Source of the DNA: Longimicrobiales bacterium
Lineage (GTDB): Bacteria; Gemmatimonadota; Gemmatimonadetes; Longimicrobiales; Gaopeijiaceae
Assembly: GCA_965204735.1 (NCBI GenBank)
Contig: OZ242008.1
Span: forward strand, 3,264,001 to 3,328,000
Reading direction: 5' to 3'
DNA length: 64,000 nt
How positions within the stretch are numbered: the first letter of the stretch is position 1; every line of letters begins with the position of its first letter. Positions 1 to 7,991 of the stretch are shown here, one piece after another. The position numbers and the translations under genes were made by a program. The notes beneath the pieces were generated by a model. It was not told the DNA's origin. It saw only the letters and a list, made by a program, of their open reading frames with translations, and searched no databases.

Positions 1-186
1 AGCGCGCGGGCGACGATGCCCGGTACTGCCGCGCCGACTGCCGTCCGCGGCTTCCTCGACGCTGGTCCGTTCCGGCGGGGGATCGGCATGCCCGGTGCTG
101 CCGCGCCGACTGCCGTCCGCGGCCGCTCGCGTCCCGGCACTCCAGCACGCGCTCCCGGCCGGCTCGCGCTCGCTCCAGCGCGCTGA
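1..186 (+). CDS. 3' end of an upstream ORF (partial, low-complexity tail)
   Basis: Frame 1 is open from base 1 to TGA 184-186, which overlaps the next ATG (TGATG). Product not identifiable. Confidence 0.4.
   Translation, partial: SARATMPGTAAPTAVRGFLDAGPFRRGIGMPGAAAPTAVRGRSRPGTPARAPGRLALAPAR
16..123. repeat. 36-bp direct repeat x2, period 72 bp
   Basis: atgcccggtRctgccgcgccgactgccgtccgcggc at 16-51 and 88-123 (1 mismatch). Confidence 0.9.
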
Positions 187-914
187 TGCGCATCCTTGGC
201 GTGATTCCGGCCCGAGGCGGCTCGAAGGGCGTGCCGGCGAAGAACCTGCGGATCGTGGGCGGAGCGCCGTTGGTGGTCCACAGCATCCGGACGGCCGAGG
301 CGGTGTCGGACCTGGTCTTCCGCACGGTGGTGTCGACCGACGACCCGGAGACGGCCCGGGTGGCCCGGGAAGCCGGGGGCGACGTGCCCTTTCTGCGGCC
401 GCCGGCGCTGGCGGGAGACCGGTCTCCCATGGCGCCTGCCGTCCGCCACGCCGTCGAGTTCGTGGAGGCGGACGACGGGAGAACGGTGGAGTGGGTGCTC
501 CTCCTCCAGCCCACGAACCCGATCCGCCTCCGGGAAGACGTGGAGGCGGCGGTGCGCTTGGCGCAGGAAGGCGAGGGGCGCCCCGCAGAGGAAGGCCGGC
601 CCTGCGACTCGGTGGTCTCGGTGGTGCGGGTCCACGCGACCCACCCGGTTCTGATGAAGCGGATCGAGAGAGGATGGCTGCGACCGTGGGGCGCTCCCGA
701 GCCCGAGGGCCTCCGGCGCCAGGAGTGCAGCCCGCCCGCCTACATGAGGAACGGCGCCGTCTACCTGACCCGGCGGGACGTGGTGATGGGCGGCTCCATG
801 TGGGGCGACCGAGTGCGGCCCTACGAGATGCCCGAGGAGCGGTCGGTGGGGATCGACACCGAGCTGGACCTGCGACTGGTGGAGCTGCTGATGCGGGAGG
901 GCGGAGCGGCGTGA
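186..914 (+). CDS. neuA: Acylneuraminate cytidylyltransferase (CMP-Neu5Ac/nonulosonate synthetase)
   Basis: IPARGGSKGVPAKN, VSTDD, FLRP, LLQPTNPIR, NGAVY and IDTELD motifs. Confidence 0.9.
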   Translation: MRILGVIPARGGSKGVPAKNLRIVGGAPLVVHSIRTAEAVSDLVFRTVVSTDDPETARVAREAGGDVPFLRPPALAGDRSPMAPAVRHAVEFVEADDGRTVEWVLLLQPTNPIRLREDVEAAVRLAQEGEGRPAEEGRPCDSVVSVVRVHATHPVLMKRIERGWLRPWGAPEPEGLRRQECSPPAYMRNGAVYLTRRDVVMGGSMWGDRVRPYEMPEERSVGIDTELDLRLVELLMREGGAA

Positions 915-1891
915 GAGCCCGTCTCCGGTACTGGCGCCGCGTCTTCTCCGCGTATTCGGGGAGACGCCCCAGCCACCTGACGTTCTGGCACGGCACGCCG
1001 GAGGTCGAGGAGCAGGCGGCTCCGGGCGCCGTCGATCTGTACTGGCAGCCGTTCCGCGCCAAGGCCGACTACCCTGGACCCTTCGACGAGCACGGCGTCC
1101 CCATGCTCGACTACCACGGCCACGTCGGTCTTCAGTACAACCCGATCGCGATCGCCCAATGGGGGCTGGGAAACTACAACGCGCTCCGCGCCGGAGCCGG
1201 CGACCGCGAGGAGCGGCGCCGGAAGTGCTTGCGGGCCGCCGACTGGCTGGTGGCGAACCTGGAGGAGAACCACGGCGGGCTGAAGGTCTGGAACCACCAC
1301 TTCGACTGGGAGTACCGGGGAGTGCTGACGGCGCCGTGGTACTCGGCCCTTTCCCAGGGCCAGGGCTTGTCCATGCTCGCGCGGGCGCACCGGCTGACCG
1401 GCGCCTCGCGGTACGTGGACGCGGCGCGAGAGGCGTTCCTCTCGTTCCGGGCGCCGCTGGAGCGGGGCGGCGTGAGCCACTGGGACGAGGAAGGGCGCGT
1501 ATGGTTCGAGGAAACGGTGGTGGACCCGCCGACCCACATCCTCAACGGCTTCATCTGGGCGGCTTGGGGCCTGTACGACCTTGCCCTTCACGCGGGCGAC
1601 GACGAGGCCGGCGCCCTCTTCGCCCAGGGGGTCGAAACGCTCGAGGAGTGCCTGCCCCGGTTCGACATGGGCTTCTGGTCGATGTACGACCTGCCGGGGA
1701 CCCGCATCCGCAACCCGGCCAGCGCCTTCTATCACGCCCTTCACGTGGTGCAGCTTCGAGTCCTCCACCGCCTGACCGGGCGAGAGGCGTTCCGCCGCAC
1801 CGCGGCCCGTTGGGACGCCTTTCAGCGGAGCCGATCCGGACGCCGGCGCGCAACCGCCCAGAAGGCGCTCTTCAAGCTGGTCCATTATTGA
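911..1891 (+). CDS. D-glucuronyl C5-epimerase family protein
   Basis: GTG overlaps the neuA stop. YNPIAIAQWGL, WYSALSQGQ, HILNGFIW..WGLYDL, SMYDL and FYHALHVVQL match GLCE C-terminal domain motifs. Confidence 0.85.
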   Translation: MRARLRYWRRVFSAYSGRRPSHLTFWHGTPEVEEQAAPGAVDLYWQPFRAKADYPGPFDEHGVPMLDYHGHVGLQYNPIAIAQWGLGNYNALRAGAGDREERRRKCLRAADWLVANLEENHGGLKVWNHHFDWEYRGVLTAPWYSALSQGQGLSMLARAHRLTGASRYVDAAREAFLSFRAPLERGGVSHWDEEGRVWFEETVVDPPTHILNGFIWAAWGLYDLALHAGDDEAGALFAQGVETLEECLPRFDMGFWSMYDLPGTRIRNPASAFYHALHVVQLRVLHRLTGREAFRRTAARWDAFQRSRSGRRRATAQKALFKLVHY

Positions 1892-1895
1892 GGGC

Positions 1896-3236
1896 GTGCA
1901 CGTCCTGCTGATTCACCAGCTCTTCGCCACCGGGAACGAGGCCGGCGGCACCCGGCACTTCGAGATCGCGCGTCGGTGGACGGCGGCAGGCGACCAAGTG
2001 ACCGTGGTCACCAGTCCGGCCAACTACCTGACGGGCGCTCCCACGCCGCCGCCGGAGGGGCTGCCGGACGGGTTGGCCGTGGTGCGAACCGGGGTTGGCG
2101 CGTCGGCGGCCGGAGGCAAGTCGAGGTCGGGGACGGCCGGGGCGGAGGTCCCCATGGACGGCCGGACCTTCGTCGGGCGCGTGGTCGGCTTCGCGCGCTT
2201 TGCGCTGGCGGCTTTCGGGGCCGGGCTCCGCGCGCGGGGCGTCGACGTGGTGTGGGGAACCACGCCGCCGATCTTCCAAGCGCCCGCGGCGTGGGCCGTG
2301 GCCCGGCTGAAGGGGGCGCCGTTCCTCTTGGAGGTGCGGGACCTGTGGCCCGACTTCGCGGTCGCGCTGGGCGTCCTGCGCATGCCGGCGGCGGTCCGAG
2401 CGGCGAAGGCGTTGGAGCGGTTCCTCTATCGCCGGGCCGACTTGGTGGTCGTCAACTCGCCGGGGTTCGTGGACCACGTGCGGCGGGAGTGCGGCCGCGA
2501 GCCGCTGGTGGTGCCCAACGGGGTCGATCCCGCGCCCTTCCTCTCGGCCGACCGGGTGGGGTGGCGACGGCGGCTGGGCTGGGAAGGGAGGTTCGTGGTT
2601 CTGTACGCGGGCGCCCATGGGGTGCCCAACGACCTGGAAGTAGTCTTGCGGGCGGCGAGGGCCCAGGCCGGAGCCGACGAGGCGCGGGACGCCGCGGACC
2701 GAGACGAAGATGCCGCGACGCGCGCCCGCGGCCCTGCGCGCCAGGCAGCTCCGGGCCGCGAGCTCTTCGCCTTCGTGGGGTCGGGGCGCGACTTGGCCCG
2801 ACTGCGACGTCTGGCCGAGGAGTGGAAGCTGCCCAACGTTCGGTTCATGGGTCCCCGCCCCAAGTCCCAGATGCCCGGCATCCTGGCCGCCGCCGACTGC
2901 TGCGTCGCCATCCTCAAGCCCATCCCCATGTTCGCCACCACCTACCCGAACAAGGTCTTCGACTACATGGCGGCCGGGCGTCCCGTGGTGCTGGCGGTGG
3001 ACGGGCCGATCCGGCAGGTGGTGGAGTCGGCCGGGGCGGGCGTCTTCTCGCGGCCGGGCGATCCGGCGGCCCTGCTGGAGGCCGTGCGGCAGTACCGGAC
3101 CGACCCGGCCCGGGCGGCGCGGGACGGAGCGGCGGGGCAGGCTGCGGTGGCGAAGCGCTTCCACCGGGACGCCCAGGCAAGGCGGCTGCGGGACGCATTG
3201 GCAGGGATGCTCGCTCCCCGGGAGGCGAAGCCGTGA
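1896..3236 (+). CDS. Glycosyltransferase family 4 (WbuB-like)
   Basis: GGTRHFE, TTPPIF, EVRDLWPD, VPNGVD, YAGAHG and PNKVFDYMAAGRPV motifs. Confidence 0.9.
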   Translation: MHVLLIHQLFATGNEAGGTRHFEIARRWTAAGDQVTVVTSPANYLTGAPTPPPEGLPDGLAVVRTGVGASAAGGKSRSGTAGAEVPMDGRTFVGRVVGFARFALAAFGAGLRARGVDVVWGTTPPIFQAPAAWAVARLKGAPFLLEVRDLWPDFAVALGVLRMPAAVRAAKALERFLYRRADLVVVNSPGFVDHVRRECGREPLVVPNGVDPAPFLSADRVGWRRRLGWEGRFVVLYAGAHGVPNDLEVVLRAARAQAGADEARDAADRDEDAATRARGPARQAAPGRELFAFVGSGRDLARLRRLAEEWKLPNVRFMGPRPKSQMPGILAAADCCVAILKPIPMFATTYPNKVFDYMAAGRPVVLAVDGPIRQVVESAGAGVFSRPGDPAALLEAVRQYRTDPARAARDGAAGQAAVAKRFHRDAQARRLRDALAGMLAPREAKP

Positions 3237-3462
3237 GGGCGCCCGGGGCGGGCTGGACGCGCCGGAAGACGCCGGCAGGGCTGCTCGCTCCCCGGACGCC
3301 GAAACCGTGAGGGCACCCGGGGCGGGCGCGACGCGCCGGAAGACGCCGCCAGCTGCTCGCTCACCGGGCACCGAAGCTGTGAGGGCGCCCGGGGCGGGCG
3401 TGACGCGTCGGAAGACGCCGACAGGGCTGCTCGCTCCCACGGAGCCGGAGCCGTGAGGGCGC
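3201..3462. repeat. Tandem repeat of the stop/start junction, 3 units of 74/72/74 bp
   Basis: GTGAGGGC at 3233, 3307, 3379 and 3453. Units are similar over their full length. Confidence 0.95.
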
Positions 3463-4622
3463 TTGTGACCGGGGGCGCCGGGTTCATCGGCCGGCGCCTG
3501 GTGCGGCGCCTGATCCGCGACGGCGCCAGGGTCGCGGTGCTGGACGCCCTGGTCCCCTCGGTGCACGGGGAGGAAGCCGCGGCGCCGGAGCTGGGCGACG
3601 CCCGCTTCGTGCGGGGCGACGTGCGCGACCCGGCTGCCTGGAAGGAGGCGGCGGCGGGCGGGGTGGACGTGGTGGCGCACCTTGCGGCGGAGACGGGAAC
3701 GGGCGAGTCGATGTACCGGACCTGCCGCTACGTGGACGCGAACGCGGGCGGCGCCGCCGTCCTGTGCGACCTGATCACCCGCGGCGAGCTCGCCCCCGAG
3801 CGGGTGGCGCTGGCGTCGTCCCGGGCGGTGTACGGCGAAGGCCCCTACCGAACGCCGGGCGGCAAGGTGGTGTACCCGGGGCCCCGCAGCCGCGCCGCCC
3901 TCGAAGCCGGTCGATGGGAGCCCGCCGGACCGTCGGGCGAGCCCCTTTCGGCCGTCGCCAGCGGACCTTCGGCCCGGAGGTCGCCCGCGTCGGCGTACGG
4001 AGTCACCAAGCTGGCCCAGGAAGAGCTTCTGCGGGTCGCCCTGCCGCCGGCCGGCGTCGGCCTTCTCGCGCTCCGGCTCCAGAACGTCTACGGGCCGGGC
4101 CAGTCCCTCCTCAACCCCTACACCGGCGTCTTGTCGATCTTTTCGGTGCAGCTGCTGGAGGGCGAGCGCGTCCGCCTCTTCGAGGACGGCTTGGCCACCC
4201 GCGACTTCGTGTACGTCGACGACGCGGTGGACGCTTTCGCGAGGGGGCTTCGCGCGGAGCTGCCTTCCAGCGTCGCCGTGGTCGACGTCGGCGGCGGGGC
4301 GCGCACCCCGATCTCGGAAGCGGCCGACTTGCTCCGCCGCAAGCTCGACGCCCCGCCCGAGGCCGTGACGGTGACCGGCGAGTTCCGGGTGGGCGACGTC
4401 CGCCACGCCCAAGCCGAACTCTCCCGCGCCCGGGCCCTTCTCGGCTGGCGCCCCACGACTCCCTTGGCCCAGGGCCTGGGCGCCCTGGCCGCTTGGGTGC
4501 GCGACGCCGCCGCTTCGGGTTCCCGGCTCGCCTCGGCGCTGGAGGAGATGGCCAGGGCCGGCCTGCTCGGACGGGCGTCCGTCGGCGAGAAGCCCGTCCG
4601 GCGCGCCGAGCGCCCGACTTGA
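3453..4622 (+). CDS. NAD-dependent epimerase/dehydratase (WbiB-like extended SDR)
   Basis: TGGAGFIG, HLAAETGTGES, SSRAVYGEG, YGVTK and QNVYGPGQSLLNPYTG motifs. Confidence 0.9.
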   Translation: MRALVTGGAGFIGRRLVRRLIRDGARVAVLDALVPSVHGEEAAAPELGDARFVRGDVRDPAAWKEAAAGGVDVVAHLAAETGTGESMYRTCRYVDANAGGAAVLCDLITRGELAPERVALASSRAVYGEGPYRTPGGKVVYPGPRSRAALEAGRWEPAGPSGEPLSAVASGPSARRSPASAYGVTKLAQEELLRVALPPAGVGLLALRLQNVYGPGQSLLNPYTGVLSIFSVQLLEGERVRLFEDGLATRDFVYVDDAVDAFARGLRAELPSSVAVVDVGGGARTPISEAADLLRRKLDAPPEAVTVTGEFRVGDVRHAQAELSRARALLGWRPTTPLAQGLGALAAWVRDAAASGSRLASALEEMARAGLLGRASVGEKPVRRAERPT

Positions 4623-4626
4623 GCCG

Positions 4627-6471
4627 ATGTGCAGGATAGCCGGGGCGGTGGGCGCCGATCTCGATCCCGGCCGAATCCGGGCCGCGCTGGACGTGCAGGA
4701 CCACGGCGGACCCGACGACCGGGGAAGCTGGCTGGACCCGGCCCACCCCGTGGCCCTTTGCCACAACCGCCTCAGCATCATCGACACCACGCGGGCGGGG
4801 CGCCAGCCCATGACCTCGCCGGACGAATCGGTCGTGCTCGTCTTCAACGGCGAGATCTACAACTACAAGGAGCTCCGGGACGTGCTTCCGCCCCGCGCTT
4901 ATCGGAGCGCCACCGACTCGGAAGTCCTGCTGGCGTCCTACGTGGAGTGGGGACCTGCGTTCCTCGAACGCCTCAACGGCATGTTCGCCCTTGCCCTTTG
5001 GGACCGTCGGCGCAAGCTGCTGCTCTGCGCCCGGGACCGCCTGGGAATCAAGCCCTTCCACTACGCCGTCCACCAAGGCGCCTTCTACTTCGCTTCCGAG
5101 ATCAAGGGACTGGCGGCCCTGGGCGTGCCAACCGCCCCCAACATGAAGGCTTGGGCCGAATATCTGGTCCACGGGTGTTCGGACCACGGCGCGGACACAT
5201 TCTTCCAGGGCGTGCGCAGCTTGGCCCCGGGCGCGGCTCTCACGCTCCGCCTCGGACGTCACGCCAACCCCCGCCCTCGGCGCTGGTGGGACCTGCCCGC
5301 CTTGACGAAGGAACCCCTTCCCGACTCCTCCGACTCCAAGCGATCCGTCCAGCGGACTCTCCTCGAGCTGCTGGACGACTCGGTGCGCCTGCGCCTGCGC
5401 GCCGACGTCCCCGTGGGCGTCAACCTGAGCGGCGGCTTGGACTCGGCGTCCCTGCTGGCCTCGGTGGCGCGCTCGACGGCCGGCAAGGCCGTGCACACGT
5501 TCACGGCGACGTTCGGCAGCCCCGCCTACGACGAGACCGTCTTTGCAGGAGAAGCGCCCGGACGGCGCCACTGGACGCGCAACGAGGCGCGCATCGACGC
5601 CGGCCAGGTCATGGAGCTTGCCCACGAGGCGGCGTGGCATCAGGAAGCGCCGTTCGGGGGAGTCGCGACCCTCGCCTACCACCGCCTTCACCAGTCGGCC
5701 CGGGAGACGGGCGTTACGGTGCTCTTGGAAGGCCAGGGCGTCGACGAGCTCCTCGCCGGGTACTCCTACTACCTGCCGCACCACTTGCTGGACCTCCTGG
5801 AGTCCGGCCGCCGCGACCGGGTGCGGGCCGAGATCAGGGCGTCGGGAACGAACCGCCGCCGGGCGACGGAGCAGATGCGCCGCCTTCTGGACGGTCGCGC
5901 CCAAGCCGTTTCCCAGGACGGCACCGCCCACCTTCGTCCCCTTTGCGCAACTCCGGCGATGCGGGAGCTGGCCGGTCCTCCGCCGGAGTTCGAGCGGCCC
6001 TTCCCCGACCGCTTGCGCAACGTCCTCTACCGAGACTTGGCGCACACGAAGCTGCCCCGGGTGCTGCGGATGAACGACCGCCTGTCCATGGCTTCGTCGC
6101 GGGAGCTGCGGGAGCCTTTCCTGGACCACCGCATCGTCGAGTTCGCCTTCCGACTGCCGGGCTGCTGGAAGGTTCGCGACGGCTCTTCCAAGTACGTGCT
6201 GCGCCGGGCGATGAAGGGCCGGCTCGCCGAAGCCGCGCGCTGGGCGCCCAAGCGGGCCGTGGTCACGCCGCAGCGGGAGTGGCTCGCAGGTCCTCTGGCC
6301 GGGGCCGTCGAGGAGATCGTCGGTTCGCCCGAGTTCGCCGCCCGAGGGCTCTTCGACGCCAAGGAAGTCGGGGCCGAGCTCCACGCGTTTCGGGAGCAGG
6401 GAAGCCCCAACTCCTTTCACGTCTGGCAGTGGGTCGCGACCGAGCTGTGGTTTCGGCGGTTCGCTTCGTGA
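4627..6471 (+). CDS. asnB: Asparagine synthase-like glutamine amidotransferase (1)
   Basis: N-terminal Cys, NRLSIID, FNGEIYNY, ARDRLGIKP, LSGGLDS, G.GVDE and DRLSMA..RELREPFLD motifs. Confidence 0.9.
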   Translation: MCRIAGAVGADLDPGRIRAALDVQDHGGPDDRGSWLDPAHPVALCHNRLSIIDTTRAGRQPMTSPDESVVLVFNGEIYNYKELRDVLPPRAYRSATDSEVLLASYVEWGPAFLERLNGMFALALWDRRRKLLLCARDRLGIKPFHYAVHQGAFYFASEIKGLAALGVPTAPNMKAWAEYLVHGCSDHGADTFFQGVRSLAPGAALTLRLGRHANPRPRRWWDLPALTKEPLPDSSDSKRSVQRTLLELLDDSVRLRLRADVPVGVNLSGGLDSASLLASVARSTAGKAVHTFTATFGSPAYDETVFAGEAPGRRHWTRNEARIDAGQVMELAHEAAWHQEAPFGGVATLAYHRLHQSARETGVTVLLEGQGVDELLAGYSYYLPHHLLDLLESGRRDRVRAEIRASGTNRRRATEQMRRLLDGRAQAVSQDGTAHLRPLCATPAMRELAGPPPEFERPFPDRLRNVLYRDLAHTKLPRVLRMNDRLSMASSRELREPFLDHRIVEFAFRLPGCWKVRDGSSKYVLRRAMKGRLAEAARWAPKRAVVTPQREWLAGPLAGAVEEIVGSPEFAARGLFDAKEVGAELHAFREQGSPNSFHVWQWVATELWFRRFAS

Positions 6472-7964
6472 CCGACGGCGCTTCGGCGTCCGCCGTCCGT
6501 GCCCAGGCGGGCTCGTCGCCCGTCGAGAGGGACCGGCCGTGGACGGTCTTCGTGGGCATCCCCATGGCCGCCGGCGTCCGCGACTTCCTTCGCACCGACG
6601 CCTTTGCTCGGCTGCGGGACGCCGGCGTCCGGCTGCATCTCTTCACCCGGGCCGGCCACGTGCCCGGCTTCGTGAAGGAGTTCGCCGCCCCGAACGTGCA
6701 CTTCCACCCCCTCGTCCCTGCGCCCGACGGCCTCTTTCGGCTCGTCGACAAAGTCGTCCACCGCCTCTTCGTCCTCGTCCTCTCCAGCCGCACGAGCACG
6801 GGCCGCATCTACGCCCGGACAAGGTCGGCCCGCAGTTCGGCCGTCCGACTGCTGCACCCTCCCGCCGCCGCCTTCGCCTCCAGCTTCGGCCGCCCTCTGC
6901 TGCGCCTCTCGCGTTGGGCGATCCGCCGCTTCGCTCCCGACCTCTACGGCGCCCACGTCCGGCGACTGCGCCCCGACTTGGTGATCGGCACTCGCGTGCT
7001 CACGCTGACGGCCGGTCGGGGCCCCGCCGCCGAGCCCTACTTGGACCGCTGGCTGATCATCTCGGCGGCAAAGCACAAGCTGCCCACGGCGGTCCTCGTG
7101 CCCAGCTGGGACAACTTGACCAGCAAGGGCTTCTTCCCGGCGCTGCCGGACCGCGTCGCGGTGTGGAACGAGACGATGCGTCGGGAAGCGATCGAGGTCC
7201 ACGACCTGCCTCCGGAAGCCGTGCGGGCGACGGGCGCGCCCCAGCACGACGTCTACGCCGGCGCCCCGTACGCCGCTCGAAGCGAGTTCTGCGCCACCCT
7301 CGGCTTCGACCCCGACAAGCCGTATCTGGTGTACGCGACCCAGACCGAGGGGACGGTGCCCCACGAGCCTCGGCTGGCCCTGGAGATCGCCCGGGCGGCG
7401 CGGCGACACTTTGGAGACTCGCTGCAGGTTCTCGTCCGCGTGCACCAGATGGACCGGGCGGAGCGCTACCGCGAGCTGCGGAAGCTGCCCGGCGTGGCCG
7501 TCGACGCCGCCGGCTCGGGGCGTCTGGGCGAGTACCGGGACCGGGACTTCGACCGGGCGGCGAGCGAGCGCCTGGCGGACACCCTCTGCCACGCCGCCGT
7601 GGCCGCCAGCACCGCGTCGTCGATCTCGATCGACGCCGCCGCCGTGGGCACCCCCGTCGTGGGCGTCCGCTTCGACGTGGGCGGCGAACGCCCCTACGAG
7701 CGCTCGGTGCGCCGCTACTTCGACTTCACCCACCAAGCCAACTTGGTGCGCTCGGGCGGCTTGCGCCTCGTCTCCGACATCTCGCAGCTCATGGACGCGG
7801 TGGCGCACTACGTGAGGGACCCGTCCTCCGACGCGGACGCCCGCCGGAAGATGGTGGAGGAGCAGGCGTTCCGCCTGGACGGTCGCGCAGGCCGGCGGGT
7901 AGCGGACGCGATCCTGGAGGCGCTGGCCGACCTGGGCCCGTGCCCGCCGGCGGGACGCCACTAG
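6468..7964 (+). CDS. GT-B protein, CDP-glycerol glycerophosphotransferase/sialyltransferase-like
   Basis: GTG overlaps the asnB stop. SWDNLTSKG, VWNETMRRE, TGAPQHD, RVHQ, SSISIDAA..GTPVV and DGRAGRRV motifs. Confidence 0.6.
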   Translation: MTDGASASAVRAQAGSSPVERDRPWTVFVGIPMAAGVRDFLRTDAFARLRDAGVRLHLFTRAGHVPGFVKEFAAPNVHFHPLVPAPDGLFRLVDKVVHRLFVLVLSSRTSTGRIYARTRSARSSAVRLLHPPAAAFASSFGRPLLRLSRWAIRRFAPDLYGAHVRRLRPDLVIGTRVLTLTAGRGPAAEPYLDRWLIISAAKHKLPTAVLVPSWDNLTSKGFFPALPDRVAVWNETMRREAIEVHDLPPEAVRATGAPQHDVYAGAPYAARSEFCATLGFDPDKPYLVYATQTEGTVPHEPRLALEIARAARRHFGDSLQVLVRVHQMDRAERYRELRKLPGVAVDAAGSGRLGEYRDRDFDRAASERLADTLCHAAVAASTASSISIDAAAVGTPVVGVRFDVGGERPYERSVRRYFDFTHQANLVRSGGLRLVSDISQLMDAVAHYVRDPSSDADARRKMVEEQAFRLDGRAGRRVADAILEALADLGPCPPAGRH

Positions 7965-7991
7965 GGCGGGCCGAAGCGGGGGACCCGAACC

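Noticed and set aside
16..123. 36-bp repeat + 36-bp spacer resembling a CRISPR unit
   Set aside because: Only two copies, in frame within a coding tail, no third copy at 160, and no cas genes in the window. Sequence upstream of base 1 is not visible.
3201..3462. CRISPR or REP interpretation of the 72-74-bp array
   Set aside because: Units are similar along their whole length (no unique spacers) and derive from the flanking gene ends.
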